DNA of 64,000 nucleotides from Toensbergia leucococca (Eukaryota): NCBI GenBank assembly GCA_022813965.1, contig JALDZS010000058.1, positions 1 to 64,000 of the forward strand, read 5' to 3'. Shown piece by piece: positions 52,031 to 64,000 of this stretch (position 1 is its first letter; each line of letters starts with the position of its first letter). The notes under the pieces were generated by a model. It saw only the letters and a program-made list of their open reading frames with translations, ran no database searches and was not told where the DNA came from. The position numbers and the translations under genes were made by a program.

Positions 52031-53182
52031 AGGAGCATTTTAAGACAGGTGGAAGGCCGAAAGAGTCATCGTACCCTGCTCTCAATTGAGGAGTGGTGGA
52101 CACTACTAAGTTGTGTGGTAAGTGACTGGACAATTTGATGCGAGTGCAATGAAACAGAATGACATCATCGATACTTTGAGGTTTGTAAGGTAAATTGTAA
52201 ACATTTGATTTAGGGGCTCTTGGGCCATACATAACTATCTACCTACGCTTTTCCACATCTTCATATTTACCAACGTAACCACAGCAAAACTACCTCCGAG
52301 TCCGAACCCCCCCGCCTCAAATCACACCATTATGTCCTCAGAAACTCAACTGAATCTCCCCTACACTCCCTTTTCCTTTCTCCCTTCCCTCCCTCAACTC
52401 CTCTCCCCCAAAGCCCCCTGCCCACCCTCTCCCTACTCCCCATCCACTCACACCTCACTCCAGACTTCCTCCTACGCGCCTTCAGCCTCTCCACGGATAA
52501 GTGGTCGTGGCTCTGACTTAATGACTGGGTTTGGTTTCACGACATTAGCTTAGAAAAGGTCTTGTGTGTGATTAAGGCGGATGAGAATGATGGGTTGATT
52601 TGTTGGTGGCGGGAAACTATAAAGAGGTGATGTGAGAGGAAGATGAGGTGGATGATAGGGGGGTATTGGTGGGGAGTGGGTCTTGCTGAAAATTTCTAGG
52701 TAGATGAAGAGGGCCAGGGAAAGGGCAACATAGACATATCGTTGTGATTGCCGTGGGGTGTGCGAAGGTGAAGTTGGTCTTTTTCAATGTATTATCTGTG
52801 ATGGCTTGTGATGAATTGATGGTATTGAATGGTTGCAAAGTGGCTGTGTCTTGATTTGAGGTCTGATACTCTGGCTCGATGTAACGACTCGATAAAGGCT
52901 AGTCTGAGGATAAGGGGTTTCGTAGAAGGGGGCTTCGTTGATTATGACTTCAGTAATTGGAAATTTCGAGTAGTGTGCCTTAGCCCCTTTGAGCGAACGC
53001 GATTAATCGTCTCGAATTGATTCTAATGAGTAATTGTAGCGTGGTTACTCTTGATGAAAGATTCGATCCTGTACGATTATTCGACACGGAGATGATAGTG
53101 GCTCTGGGGTTGGAGGTTGAATAGTCCGAATCCCTGCCAGGATAACGCCTGGGCTCTAGAAAGAATTGATAATCTCAAGCTT

Positions 53183-54891
53183 TCACTGGCAATTCCGGAA
53201 GTCACAAAATTCGTTGCAAGTACTCCCAGATGATTCTTCCAGGCTTTGCAACACTGTGAACTCATCTCGGCAGCAAAAACAAGCCATGACACGAGGAGAC
53301 GTTTTCGGGTGTACTAGAGAACCATTGCTGCGAAGGAAATTATTCGTGATCTCAAGGTCAACTTCTTCCAAGCGAGAAGAGCATCGCTTGATTAGATCAG
53401 ACCCACACACACCGGGAGAGGAAGGTTCGATTGCCAAGGCCATAGCATAAAGATGGGAAAGAACTGTCAATTTGGCCAGAGAAGAGTCGGATCCGATGCA
53501 TTCCCCCTCGCATAAAGATACTGGGATCCAAAAGAGCCATGCTCGAAGAGGTTGAAGTGTGTCAAAACGCTCCTCGATCGTCTCGTTCGAGAATACGCTT
53601 TCCAAATTCTGGACAAAAAGTAAGATCTCACCAAGTTGACGATAGAGCTCGCCATTTGGATCGATATGTTTTCTAGCTTCATAAATCGACCTGCATATGT
53701 TAAAGGTCTCCTTGCGTTGCAATGGTGAGCATTCAGTGTCTAGAGTAGAGTTGAATGGGCCGCTAGGGTTCGGAGATGCACTTAGAGATCGAAGGGTTGG
53801 TGAAGGCGTCGACAGCCACGACGAGCTCAAGTAACTCTGGGCATTTGGAGATGGTGTTTGCAATTCTGAAGATGGGAAAACCCCGGTAAGCCCGTTAGGA
53901 TCCAGAGGACGGCGAGCTCTTGAAGTGAATTTCTGGGCTCGGATGTAATCAGCAAAGGCAGATTCTTCATGCCAAGCCTGCATTGCAGTGGTGATCTTTC
54001 ACGGGCATGTTAGCTTAGTGAGGTCAAATGTGAGATCACGTCTTACTGTTGAGATTCCTTGTGTCAAAGAAGTCCAAACCCGCCTAGAGTGCATTTAGAA
54101 AAAAGTTTCCGAACCGAAATGATTAAGAGAAAGAATCGACATACCACTCCGTCGATTCCCAGGAGAGAATTATTGACGCGGCCAGCACAGTATCAGAATT
54201 CCTCTTAGAAAAATTTCCGATGGCTTCCTCGAGACCATGTAAAGCCTGGCCTCGATGAAAATAGGCATTGTTGCTCACTGGAGGCTCGCCAGCGATCCAC
54301 TCAAGATGGCTAGCTGAGAAAGCGAGTAAAGCACTCATCACAAAGTTACAGGATGCTCCAATACTCAAGAAGCTGCATGGATTTGAGAAACATCGTCTAA
54401 TATGTTACGAGAGAGACATACAGTGGTATTTCTTGTGTCCATAATACATATCTTTCATGCCCACTGAGCCTGAAGTCGTGAGAGATGGTAGATACGTGAT
54501 GAACAAGTCGAAGTTCGGTGACAGTCCAGTTATGCCAAGGCATTTGGGTGTTTAGTGATGGTTTCGATGATTTCAACTCATCGGCAATGTCCCAGTCCTC
54601 AGCACATGCATATATAAGTGGAGACCAGGCTTCTGTTTGCAGACGATTTTGCGGCATTGAATCGATAGTAAAAGAGTCATCCAGATAGTCACAACGGCAG
54701 TTATACTTCCGACAACAGTGACTAGAATGTGAATTAGGACCCTTGACTTGTTTGAAAAATTGGATAGAATTTGCCATTTACCATTCTGGCAGAGATTCAT
54801 CACAGCGAATATGTCGGCGTTTACACGTTCTACAGCCTGTTCGCGACTTGGTGTGACCCTTTCGAGAAGGTCCTCGAGTCTCCGAGACCAT
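53183..54891 (-). CDS. Zn(II)2Cys6 transcription factor, Upc2-like, multi-exon
   Basis: RKGHTKSRTGCRTCKRRHIRCDESLPEC-intron-HCCRKYNCRCDY; FVMSALLAFSASHL; NSDTVLAASIILSW. Confidence 0.88.
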
Positions 54892-56354
54892 ATTCGGCGA
54901 TATATCGCGTTTGAGGCCGTTGTATTTACACAAGGGGCCTTCTTATTGAGAGAGAGATCCGAATTCAATTTTATCAAAGATTATGATATCTTTGAGGGTG
55001 TTGAAGAGAACAACCGAGGTTGGACGAGGCAACGCACGATTCAGGTGATCAATATTAGAAAAGATCGTTGGAGAAGAAGTGGGTGATGAACCACGAGGTC
55101 TAGAAAGGGGAGACTAAGTTGGAAAAGGACTGAAGTCTCAGGTCATGCTTCCTCTATATGGTTGCTGGGATTATAAAGGCTTGAGAAGGGTCATAGCCTC
55201 GCAGTTTCCCGATGCCTGACACGAATGCGTTCGCTTTGTCATAGGTATGGTAAAGAATTGAAGACGCGGTCTGCTCCCAGGTGACTAAGGCATATGCAGG
55301 GTCTCTGAAAAGATTCAACTACTCGGAAGTTTAGGCCTCAGCCTCCAGGATCAAGAACCAGGAATTAACGCTGACTAGGCACATTTTGACCGTGTACACT
55401 AATGAATGGCTGGTCACCTCTTCATCAGCATCACTCAGTTGTTCGAGCACTTGATGGTTTCACTTTCATCATCAGAGCGAAGTTGTCAAGGGATAGAGTC
55501 AGAGGCTGAAGCTTACATTGTCACCTTGTCCATAGCTGTTCTTGATCATGAATCGGAAGATTTGAGCACATCAGCCTCATTCAAAGGATGTCTGATGACG
55601 ATGATGAGCTGATGGCGGCAGCTTGCTCTCTCCTGCAAAGTTATTGATAGGTTACCTCATGAGCTCCATTGTCCTATACCGGTTAGGCTGAGTCTTCTAT
55701 CTGGCGGGGTCCGACTGAAATAGCCAATCTTCTTTCGACGTCACCGTGTAGCGTTCATGGCGGTGTAGTCTGTATATTAACAGAGCACTAGGTACGAGAA
55801 GCCAGCAAGCAAGGTAGTAGAACGCTAGAATTAGTCGTAGGCCACGACCACAGGAAGCGTAGGATGATTACTCTACAAGCACCTCCTGTAATGATCTTTT
55901 CAAGGATAAGGCAGCTGCTCCGTCGGTAATGATGAGACTCGATACCAAGGAAGTCGAAAGATTGAGCGCTATTAGCCAAGTACGTACATGCAGTATTCGT
56001 ATATGGGGGAGGTATGTCGAAGGTAGATTAGCGAGCTGCAGAAGCTGTGGCTGTTTAGAATATTCAGGGTCCAACCTTATTCCCCCGCTCCCCCGATCGA
56101 TACCTTAATGACGCACTCGCAAGATAATCTACCTCGGTGGCTGCGGGGCTCGGCTATCTTAGTCTTTTATCATCCGGAAAGGGTTAACTCATCGGCTAAT
56201 CGAGCCCTTACTGGAGTCAGGTAGCAGTTCTTTATTAGTTCATCCTAGCCATCCTCTCCCCTTGTACTCCATATCTATTGTTTCATTGTTCCCTTTCACC
56301 ACCTTCGCCTGATATGTTGGCCGCCTCCCGTCTCACATCATCACTAATCCCACC

Positions 56355-58546
56355 ATGGCTTTCTCAAGCCAGTCAGACTACCATGACGATCTTTCCCAAC
56401 ATGACTCGGCTTCAATGCGAGCCTCACTCTTACGCCTCCACTCTGCTCCTGTTTCCGTCAAGCCGTTGTGGCCGTTGAGGGAACTCCTTCCCGCAAGCGG
56501 AAGTGGCAGTGGGGGCATCGCCGAAGGACGGAGCAAATCCTTTCAAGGCGTCAGCAAACGTAAGACAACAGATCCACTCCCCAAATTAGCGCAACAGAGA
56601 AGATGCGGCCACTGACCTCTTGTGTGTTCCATAGATACAATCGAAGCACCTACCGCCTTCAAGAAACATACTGCCTCTCAATCTCTACATTTTATCAACA
56701 TTACGAGGCCTAAGCAAAGCAAAGATGTCGGGAATCGCAAGATCGTTCGTTCACACGTCATGCATGAACACGTCAGGAAAGCAAAGTGTGAACAAGCTCG
56801 AGTGGACGCGGAAAAGGAGGCAGATTGTCTCTTGGCAGACGCGAGCCTAGCCAATGCATCGAGGCAATGTAGGTGTGTTGACGGGATTGTGGATGTCAAT
56901 GGTACTAAGAATGTCGGCTTTACCTTCGATAAATGTCAAATTTGTGGGGGTGACAGAATGCTCGATCAGCACCATGATCTGATCGTCCACGGGTGGAGCA
57001 CTGCAACCCAGCTAATTCATGATCCGTCGATGAATATCGCTGCTCTTGTTGATCCGTTTGCAAGCTTCCCCGTGCAAACCCAGGCGTACATGCACACTCT
57101 GATAGACCACTGTAAGCCCAACCCATTTTTCAGGGGTTCCTTGTGTGGAACCTGGTACTTGAGATTGTTTTCGACTTCACTTGCACATGCTCTTAGACTT
57201 CCTCGAGCGTATTGACCTACTGAAGGTAGGTTGCAACCAAAACCTAAGTCATCAATGTTATAACAGTTGTCAGAATCCTCGGAACTTCTTCCCTCCCCAT
57301 GGCCGACGAGAATGGAACCATCGAAGACCTTTCTTTCGAATACATGTGGGATGTCATGGCAGATCCGGCGTCTTTTCATGGTGTTCTTCTCTCATCATCA
57401 AATTGGCTTGCCGCGCTTTCTGAAGACAATCATAGCCATCGAGCCAAAGCCCTCTACCATAGAGGTGAGCTCCTACGCTTGCTCAATAAGCAACTTGGCT
57501 GCGAAGATCCCGTGGTAAGTGATGCCATGGTCGCTTCAGTCATGACCTTGGCCGGCTATGAGGTGAGATTTGCGATTGCTATTCCGCTATCGGCAGCATC
57601 TTGAACATTAACTAAGACGGGTGCGATTGGTACCGTCAGATTATACACGGCGACTATGCAGCCTTTAGAGATCACCTAGAAGCATTGGACGCAATGATAA
57701 AACACAAAGGTGGGCTACAGACACTTCAACCGGAAGGACTACTGCAGCGAACAGTCTCCTGGTATTATTTTCTCGTCACCCAACATTTATGAAAATGGGT
57801 ATCAATAATTTGCGAACAGGATCGATCAGATGGGTGCTACCCTGATAGGTTCCAAGCCTCGATTCCTTCCTGTCAGACTTTCTACGGCCCATCTACTACC
57901 TCCGTCTCTACGCGTTTCAATTACCCGATCGACTCCGCTTGCGTTGGGATTTCGAAAAATCTCCGAGTCATTCTATTTTGATGATGAAATGGCTGACGTG
58001 CTCAGAGAAATGTGTGGGTTGAGCAGCAGCCTGGAGTCGGCCAATCTTATCCCATTCTCATCCCTTGAGATGATGACCTTTAGTGAAGATCAACTGTCCA
58101 CGGAACACAAATTACTCTCTATAAGAACAGCGGAAAATATCAATGCCCAGACGACCCAGCTTGGGGATATTCAAGAATGCTGCCGGCTCGCGGCCCTATT
58201 GTACACTAACACCGTTTTTCGAGAACTTCCCCGTGACTCACGGAGTCTGATCAGGCTCATGGAGCAATTGAAATTAGCATTGAACCAGACGAGACTGTGT
58301 TGGGGTGAGCATGCCAATGTCTTGTTATGGGTATTGTCCATGATGGGAAGCGTTGAAACCACGGATCAATTGAAGCAGTGGTTTACACAATTGCTGGCTC
58401 GAGTAAGTGCTGAGCTAGGCATCAAAGCCTGGGCAGATCACCTGTCAATTCTACAACAATATCTATGGTCCGAGAGATCTTGCGAGACGCTTTACAGAAA
58501 GCTATGGCCTGAAACGGGACTTGCGGAAAGTGTTGGTGAAGGCTAA
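56355..58546 (+). CDS. Fungal-specific transcription-factor-domain protein with no Zn cluster seen, multi-exon
   Basis: FINITRP...RKIVRSHVM, DPFASFP, ECCRLAALLY, LLWVL, YLWSE; first intron 56560-56634 keeps frame. Confidence 0.75.
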
Positions 58547-58829
58547 GCGGTGTTGTATGGTTGGCAGGTAGAAGGACCTAGATTAGGAGTTTCTTTTTGG
58601 CTTTTCAGATTTGAGAACAGAGATCTTTTGCCGATGGCTTGCTTGAGCGGTGTTCTTTGATATATGGGTGGCTGGCTGAAATGGCTCGAGGAACTGCCAT
58701 CTCGCATTTGCGGAAACACAGAAAATCTTCATATACCTTGGAAAATGAATTTGTAACATGAGAGACATTCATGTACAACGTAACAAGTGATTTCACTCAT
58801 CTTTTTATCAATGACTCTATTCCCTCCAA

Positions 58830-59365
58830 CCCCCGGGGCACACAAAAACATCACAATGTCACGCACCAATCACAGTTGCACATTAACTCTCTAACTCTCT
58901 AATACTCTTCTAGGTATTCATGTGTGTCATCTAGAAGTAAAGATTGACCTAGAAGAAAAAAAAATACTATACTTTTCTATCACATTTTGACTGCATAACT
59001 CTTCTCCCCCCACCTCTCAGTCACACAAAAACATCATGCATTTTTATCTATGTAAGAGATGGATCAGAAACTCAATCATGAAGTGAAGTGACTACCTAGA
59101 CAGGTTAGATAGATAGATAGCGCAGTAATGATGTAAGTGTGTAGATAAAGATAATGAGGGTGAGAAAATTGAAATCAGAATTGAGTTGCAAAACACACAA
59201 AGGTTTCTCAGGTAATATGACTGTTAAATGAAATATGAAATCAAGAGATAGATGGCATGTCAAAAACCGGTGAGGTAAATCTGAGGTCAAATGTGATGCA
59301 GAGTGATGACACTGCCCTCAGTAATCTTGTAGAGAAGAGTGTTCCGATATGAAAAGGGGGGTGTT
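58830..59365. mobile_element. Degenerate relative of the 45.3-45.9 kb TIR element
   Basis: Shares CATCTAGAAGT, TATCACATT(T/C)TGACT, CACAAAAA and TTTTATCTA segments and the right-arm GATGCAGA(G/A)TGAT. Confidence 0.55.
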
Positions 59366-59922
59366 CAGTTATCAGTACTCATACATAATAGATTAAGTTG
59401 CATACCTTATTCACATCATCACCAAAATCAAAGTCCACAATCATGAATTATAACAAATCTTTACAAAAAAAGGGGGCAAGGTCACTAAGAATCACCTCAA
59501 CTGCACAAATAAAATGAATAAATTACAATAGTGAAAATAAGTGATTCAGATGCTAACCTATCTAAAATCATGCAAAAGGAGCGTCAATGACATTTTATCG
59601 CAAGATATGAACAGAAAAGCACAAGACGTTAGAGACAGACCAGGTAGCCTCAAATATAGACATATAGATCTCAATAGATTCAATCGCATAAAAACATCCT
59701 TCACTCACAACCCCATCCCAGGTTCTGAAAAAAAAAAGGGACAATAACAGTGAGTTGTAACGACCGAGAGTATCAGCAAAAGGAAAGCCACAGACTACCA
59801 AGACACTCGGAGGATAAAATCAAAGAAACACGTGACAATGACAGACTGAATGAAAACCACGACTAAATACCAATGTGCGAGGAGATAGGATCTCCAAAGA
59901 CCCATCAAACCTCATGCCAAAC

Positions 59923-62539
59923 CTACTCAGCCCTCGTCTTCTCGACTCCCACCGGCAGAGATTCCGGAGCCTCACCAACTTCACTAATCCTAGTCTTTTC
60001 AAGAAATCGGCCTTGCACAAGCCTGATAGGGCCAGCCTTCTCGCCATGAAGTTTGGTATTGCAATACTTTGTCATGGCAACACAGCCTCCGAGATCGACG
60101 CGGTCTAGATTCAACCAGTTGGGCGTGAAAGCCTCAAAGGCGGCAACATGGTCGGAGATGAATGATTGGGCATTGTTTGATTCGATCTCGACAACTGGCT
60201 CCAGCGAGATCTGAGACCATTGGATGTCGGGGAAGTGATTCATGGCCAGGGTGCTGAGTTCTCCATACGGCTTGGAATTGCCTCGAACGTTGGTCCATTT
60301 TGTGGGGTCTACACTGTCGTTGCCGTAGACGTTCTCGGTCATGTAGTCCCATTGGTAGGGGAAGATGCTGTCGCTGCCTTCGTAACTAGTGAAGACAACA
60401 AGTCTTTTGTTTGAATCTGTCATTTCCTTGATCGTTGGCCACGTCCCGGTCTTGTCGCCTGCGGTGGGTTGGTAGATTAGATCCCACAGACCAGCAGTCG
60501 CAAAAATAGACTGCAACTTGGCCCGCTGGTTCGTCTGATCGCCAATCCGATCCTCAAAAACAATCGTCACCACGGCATCTGTAAATCGATTGAGGAACGA
60601 CCCGATTTTACCCAAGCCTTCCGAGAGTTTGATACGTCGGGCGAAAAGGTTGTTTGCGAGGTAGCGTTTCCAATACAACTCATCGCCAAACTCGTGGAGC
60701 ATATATATATCATCGTCGAGAACCCATATGTCAAGGAGTAGCGTTGTAGCACCCATAACGAGCTGGTTGCAAATCCCTAGGCCCTGATTTGCAATGATAT
60801 AGCCATCCTCATAGTTGGCAAAGGCGTTGTGAGAAGCAAGAAAACAATTCTGGTTGTAAGCTTTGTTAATGTCGGCGCCCAGTAAGTAGTCAACCGTGCC
60901 TTTTTTATTCATGGAATCATTGCATCCAATACTTGGCATTTTCATGTCAAAGTCGCTCTCGCTGACGGTGAAAGTCAAAGTTGTGGCATCGACGGGCTCC
61001 ATGTAGCATTGTTTCCCAGGCTTGTTATTCTGATACCACGTTTCGTCCTTCAAGAAAACACTGATAGTCCAATAATCATACCTGCAACAATAGAATTAGA
61101 CCCATAGGTAGAATCTTCGAGCTCAGCTTACCCAGGATGAGTCGGACCGGTTAGATATTCCATCATGTTCAGTTCCTGGGAAGACGCTCCTTTAGCTATC
61201 CACTGGTAGTCATACTCGTACACCATATCATCGCTATACTTATGTTGCAAGAGAACAGAGCGGATATCTTGATTGAAATTGTTCTGTATCTTGACAAACG
61301 ACACCGTATTATAGCCGGCCGGTGTCTTCCAAATATCGCTATCGGCACCACTAGGAACTTGAATATGGAATCCGGTTCCGTTGATGGTGAACGTGATAGC
61401 CGTGCAGCGATCGCTAGACATCAACATGCATGCCTTGTCGGAGGTATCATTCTTGAAGCTTTCTTCGGCAAGTTCAAGCACGTTGGATGGTGGTAGGACG
61501 TCAAGGTCGACGGAAATGTTCCAGTAGTCGCTGTAGAGACTGCCGGTGCAGAAGTAGACTGGCCAGTAAGTGGTCTTGGCTCCAGCTTCAATGAAGGGCT
61601 GGCTAGCAGTGTAATTGGACGTGTAGTCTGTCCAGTTGTGATAGTGGTGCCTTAATGTAATTGCCGCAGGAACCGGAAAGTTATTTTGCACCTTTCAGAA
61701 TAAAGTCAGTGAAGACATGATTATCAATATATATGAGACCTTACGGCAACAAATGCAAATGCATTGTAACCCATTGATTTCCCATTTTGGGTGCTACTGT
61801 CGAATTCAGCTTGTGCCGGAGTCTATCAAAGTGTCAAAAGGCTGGGCATCAAGAGAGAGCCGCACATGGAACAAGAGCACATACGCTTCTGAGGGCGATG
61901 TCAAATTGCTGATCTTTGATAGTGAAGGTGAGCGGGCCATGTCCGTTTGAATCGGTTTCGGTCAAATAGCATTCCTTCTGGCTCGTATGAAAGGTCATTC
62001 CGTCTGCGAAGCTGATGTTCAACCACCAGTAATCAAATCCAGTTCCGATACCTACACAGTATTAGTGCCAGCCTAGCAAGATCTCATCATAGCAACGTAC
62101 CGGTCTCATAATTGGCAGTGAGATCAGCGTTAGTCGTCGCACCAGGAGCTACATTAGTCCATATATGAGACTGCTTGCTGTTGCTGCTGTACTGATGAAT
62201 AATTTCGACACTGCTCAGAGTGACGGCCAACGGATTAGAAAACCTAATGCTCGCTGCTCGACTGGTGGAGCCAACGTTGTCTTGAAAAAGGGCAGTAGCC
62301 TTCTGGGATCCAGCAAGGGTCGAATCTGCGTTGTTTCCATTCAGAGTAGGTTTGTCACTGAGGATAGCGATAGAGCCATAATTGTTGATAGTCAAATTCT
62401 CGATCCTATAAGACATGATTTCGTTTGATTGAGCTTTCGGTGATGAAGATGTGGCTAAGATGGGCTCAGATTCTGAAATAGTCGATTGAGAGCTTCCAGA
62501 CGATGGGGTGAGCTGGTTCTTGCCGCACTTGTTGCACAT
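59923..62539 (-). CDS. Three tandem PUD1/2-like domains fused to a PI-PLC-like phosphodiesterase, 5 exons
   Basis: Four GT-AG introns join the ORFs in frame. Repeats carry HQYS/HHYH/HKYS, DYW and K-C motifs. PLC motifs ASHNAFAN, ANQ, LLLDIW, LHE, VVTIVFED, WPTIKEM...KRLVVFTS. Confidence 0.8.
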
Positions 62540-64000
62540 AGTAGAGTGTAATAGAGTAGACTCTGGCTTGCTGGAAGTTCAGTGGTTGAGAAGTCGTCGG
62601 AGAACGAATGGGACTTTATATCTCCTCAATGGGACACATCTCGGAGTGGTGACTCTCGTGTCGTTGAATACGAGCCTTCCGATTAAAGGCACTGTGATCA
62701 ACATCGCCCACAGCCGTGATGAAATCTAGAATCAGCCTCTGTCAACCTTTAGGCTGCATGCAGAAATGATAAGACGAACAAACAAGCAGCAACAATATTG
62801 GCGCTCGATTTGAGGGTGTCATGAGGTATCTCTCAGCCAGCCTTTGTAGAGTGAAAACGCCATCGGCCATCATTTTCGTGTTCTTTTCAATGCCAAATTG
62901 GGGTCTAAAAGATGACTTCTTTTTGAAAGGAGTATTGAAGGCGACGATCTGCTGTATCGTGATGATTTAGCTTTGTTTTTCATATCCTACAGAGACGCCC
63001 GTCCTCGTATTCCCCAACACCAAGGTAAATTGGATCAAGTGCTGCCATTCCTTCCGTCCTCGTATATGACCATATTGAGAAACTTGGCTTAGCTTTTCTC
63101 GAGCCTATGCTCTCGTGGCATTAGATTTGTCCTTATCTTTACCATAAGTGAATTAGTCTGTCGCGTAACTTGGACGGATCTAGCAGGTGTCGACAATTAG
63201 ACTTTGAACGTGCTTTGGGTTGTGTAAATAGGGTTTTGATGCTCAAAGAATTGTCCGCGCGAGCTGCGTGCCCCAGAATTGGTGGCGGAGGCGAAGTACA
63301 GCCAAGCTGAATGCCGTCAAGGCTAGGACATCACCAGCATGAAAAATGCCGTCGCACACGTGATCAAGCCGAACTGAGCTCTCAGGATACTCGTATGTCG
63401 ATAAGTGACTTGATGATAGACTGGGAGAGCGAAACCCAAGTACAGAGAGAGGGGATCAACACAGCGGATTAGCAACAATACCGCACTCGTTATACAACAT
63501 CTAGATCATAGACTTGAGTGACGTGATGAATTCAGGATAACGACTGCTTTGAGGCAAAGAGCAGTCATGATGAGAGCTGTAGTCCAAAGCTCTGCGGATT
63601 AGGGTTGGTGCACTCTATCGAAGTGTTCATCGATCAACTGTGTGTGTCCATCTACCATTTAGTGTCCTGGGGCTGAAGTTGGGAGATAGGCTATGGAGAT
63701 TAGAGTGACCACATGCATTGCTGGAGTGAAATTCATTAATAACACTTTCTACTTTACCTTAGTTGACTGGAGTAGAGTCGGACACATCAGTTAATTATTC
63801 TTTCAAGAATGCTACAAATGTTTCCAAGTTCTATTACTGGACGTAGGAGCGAGATCTAGAAGCTTCGAAGACGGAAATGGGATGACAGTTCATTTGATGA
63901 ATTGTATCTTCTCGCGCTGGGTTTTGCGGCCCACGTTTGGGGCATGGTGTCTCAATCAATCTTTTCATCATTCTTTCCATCACTCATGACTGTTGCCACT

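Noticed and set aside
62800..64000. Possible gene at the window end
   Set aside because: No ORF or motif I can support.

Overview
Intron-containing DNA from a filamentous ascomycete (Pezizomycotina-type genes, GT-AG introns, AT-rich RIP-like relics). 1-6.1 kb: young Ty3/Gypsy LTR retrotransposon (minus strand, runs off the window) with a perfect 161-bp fold-back duplication between gag and pol. 6-16 kb: AT-rich relics around a DUF6594 gene and a PTH11-like gene. ~16-36.5 kb: decayed accessory block ending in a pseudogenised DUF3435 tyrosine recombinase (Starship captain). Its likely cargo is a SesB-NB-ARC-TPR NLR, a PNP_UDP domain, ZNFX1-type RZ-finger, kinase, GH55, expansin-like and Asp f 4-like relics, and a GC-rich cassette with 48-bp repeats, hairpins and a NADAR-like ORF. 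Solo LTRs, Tc1 elements and a MITE are nested inside. 38-62.5 kb: mostly intact genes (GH43, MFS, FAD monooxygenase-ADC fusion, 2OG-Fe(II) dioxygenase, Rossmann protein, two divergent transcription factors, 3x PUD-like + PI-PLC protein). Family calls come from motif recognition in hand translation; no database searches were run, and exon and element boundaries are approximate.
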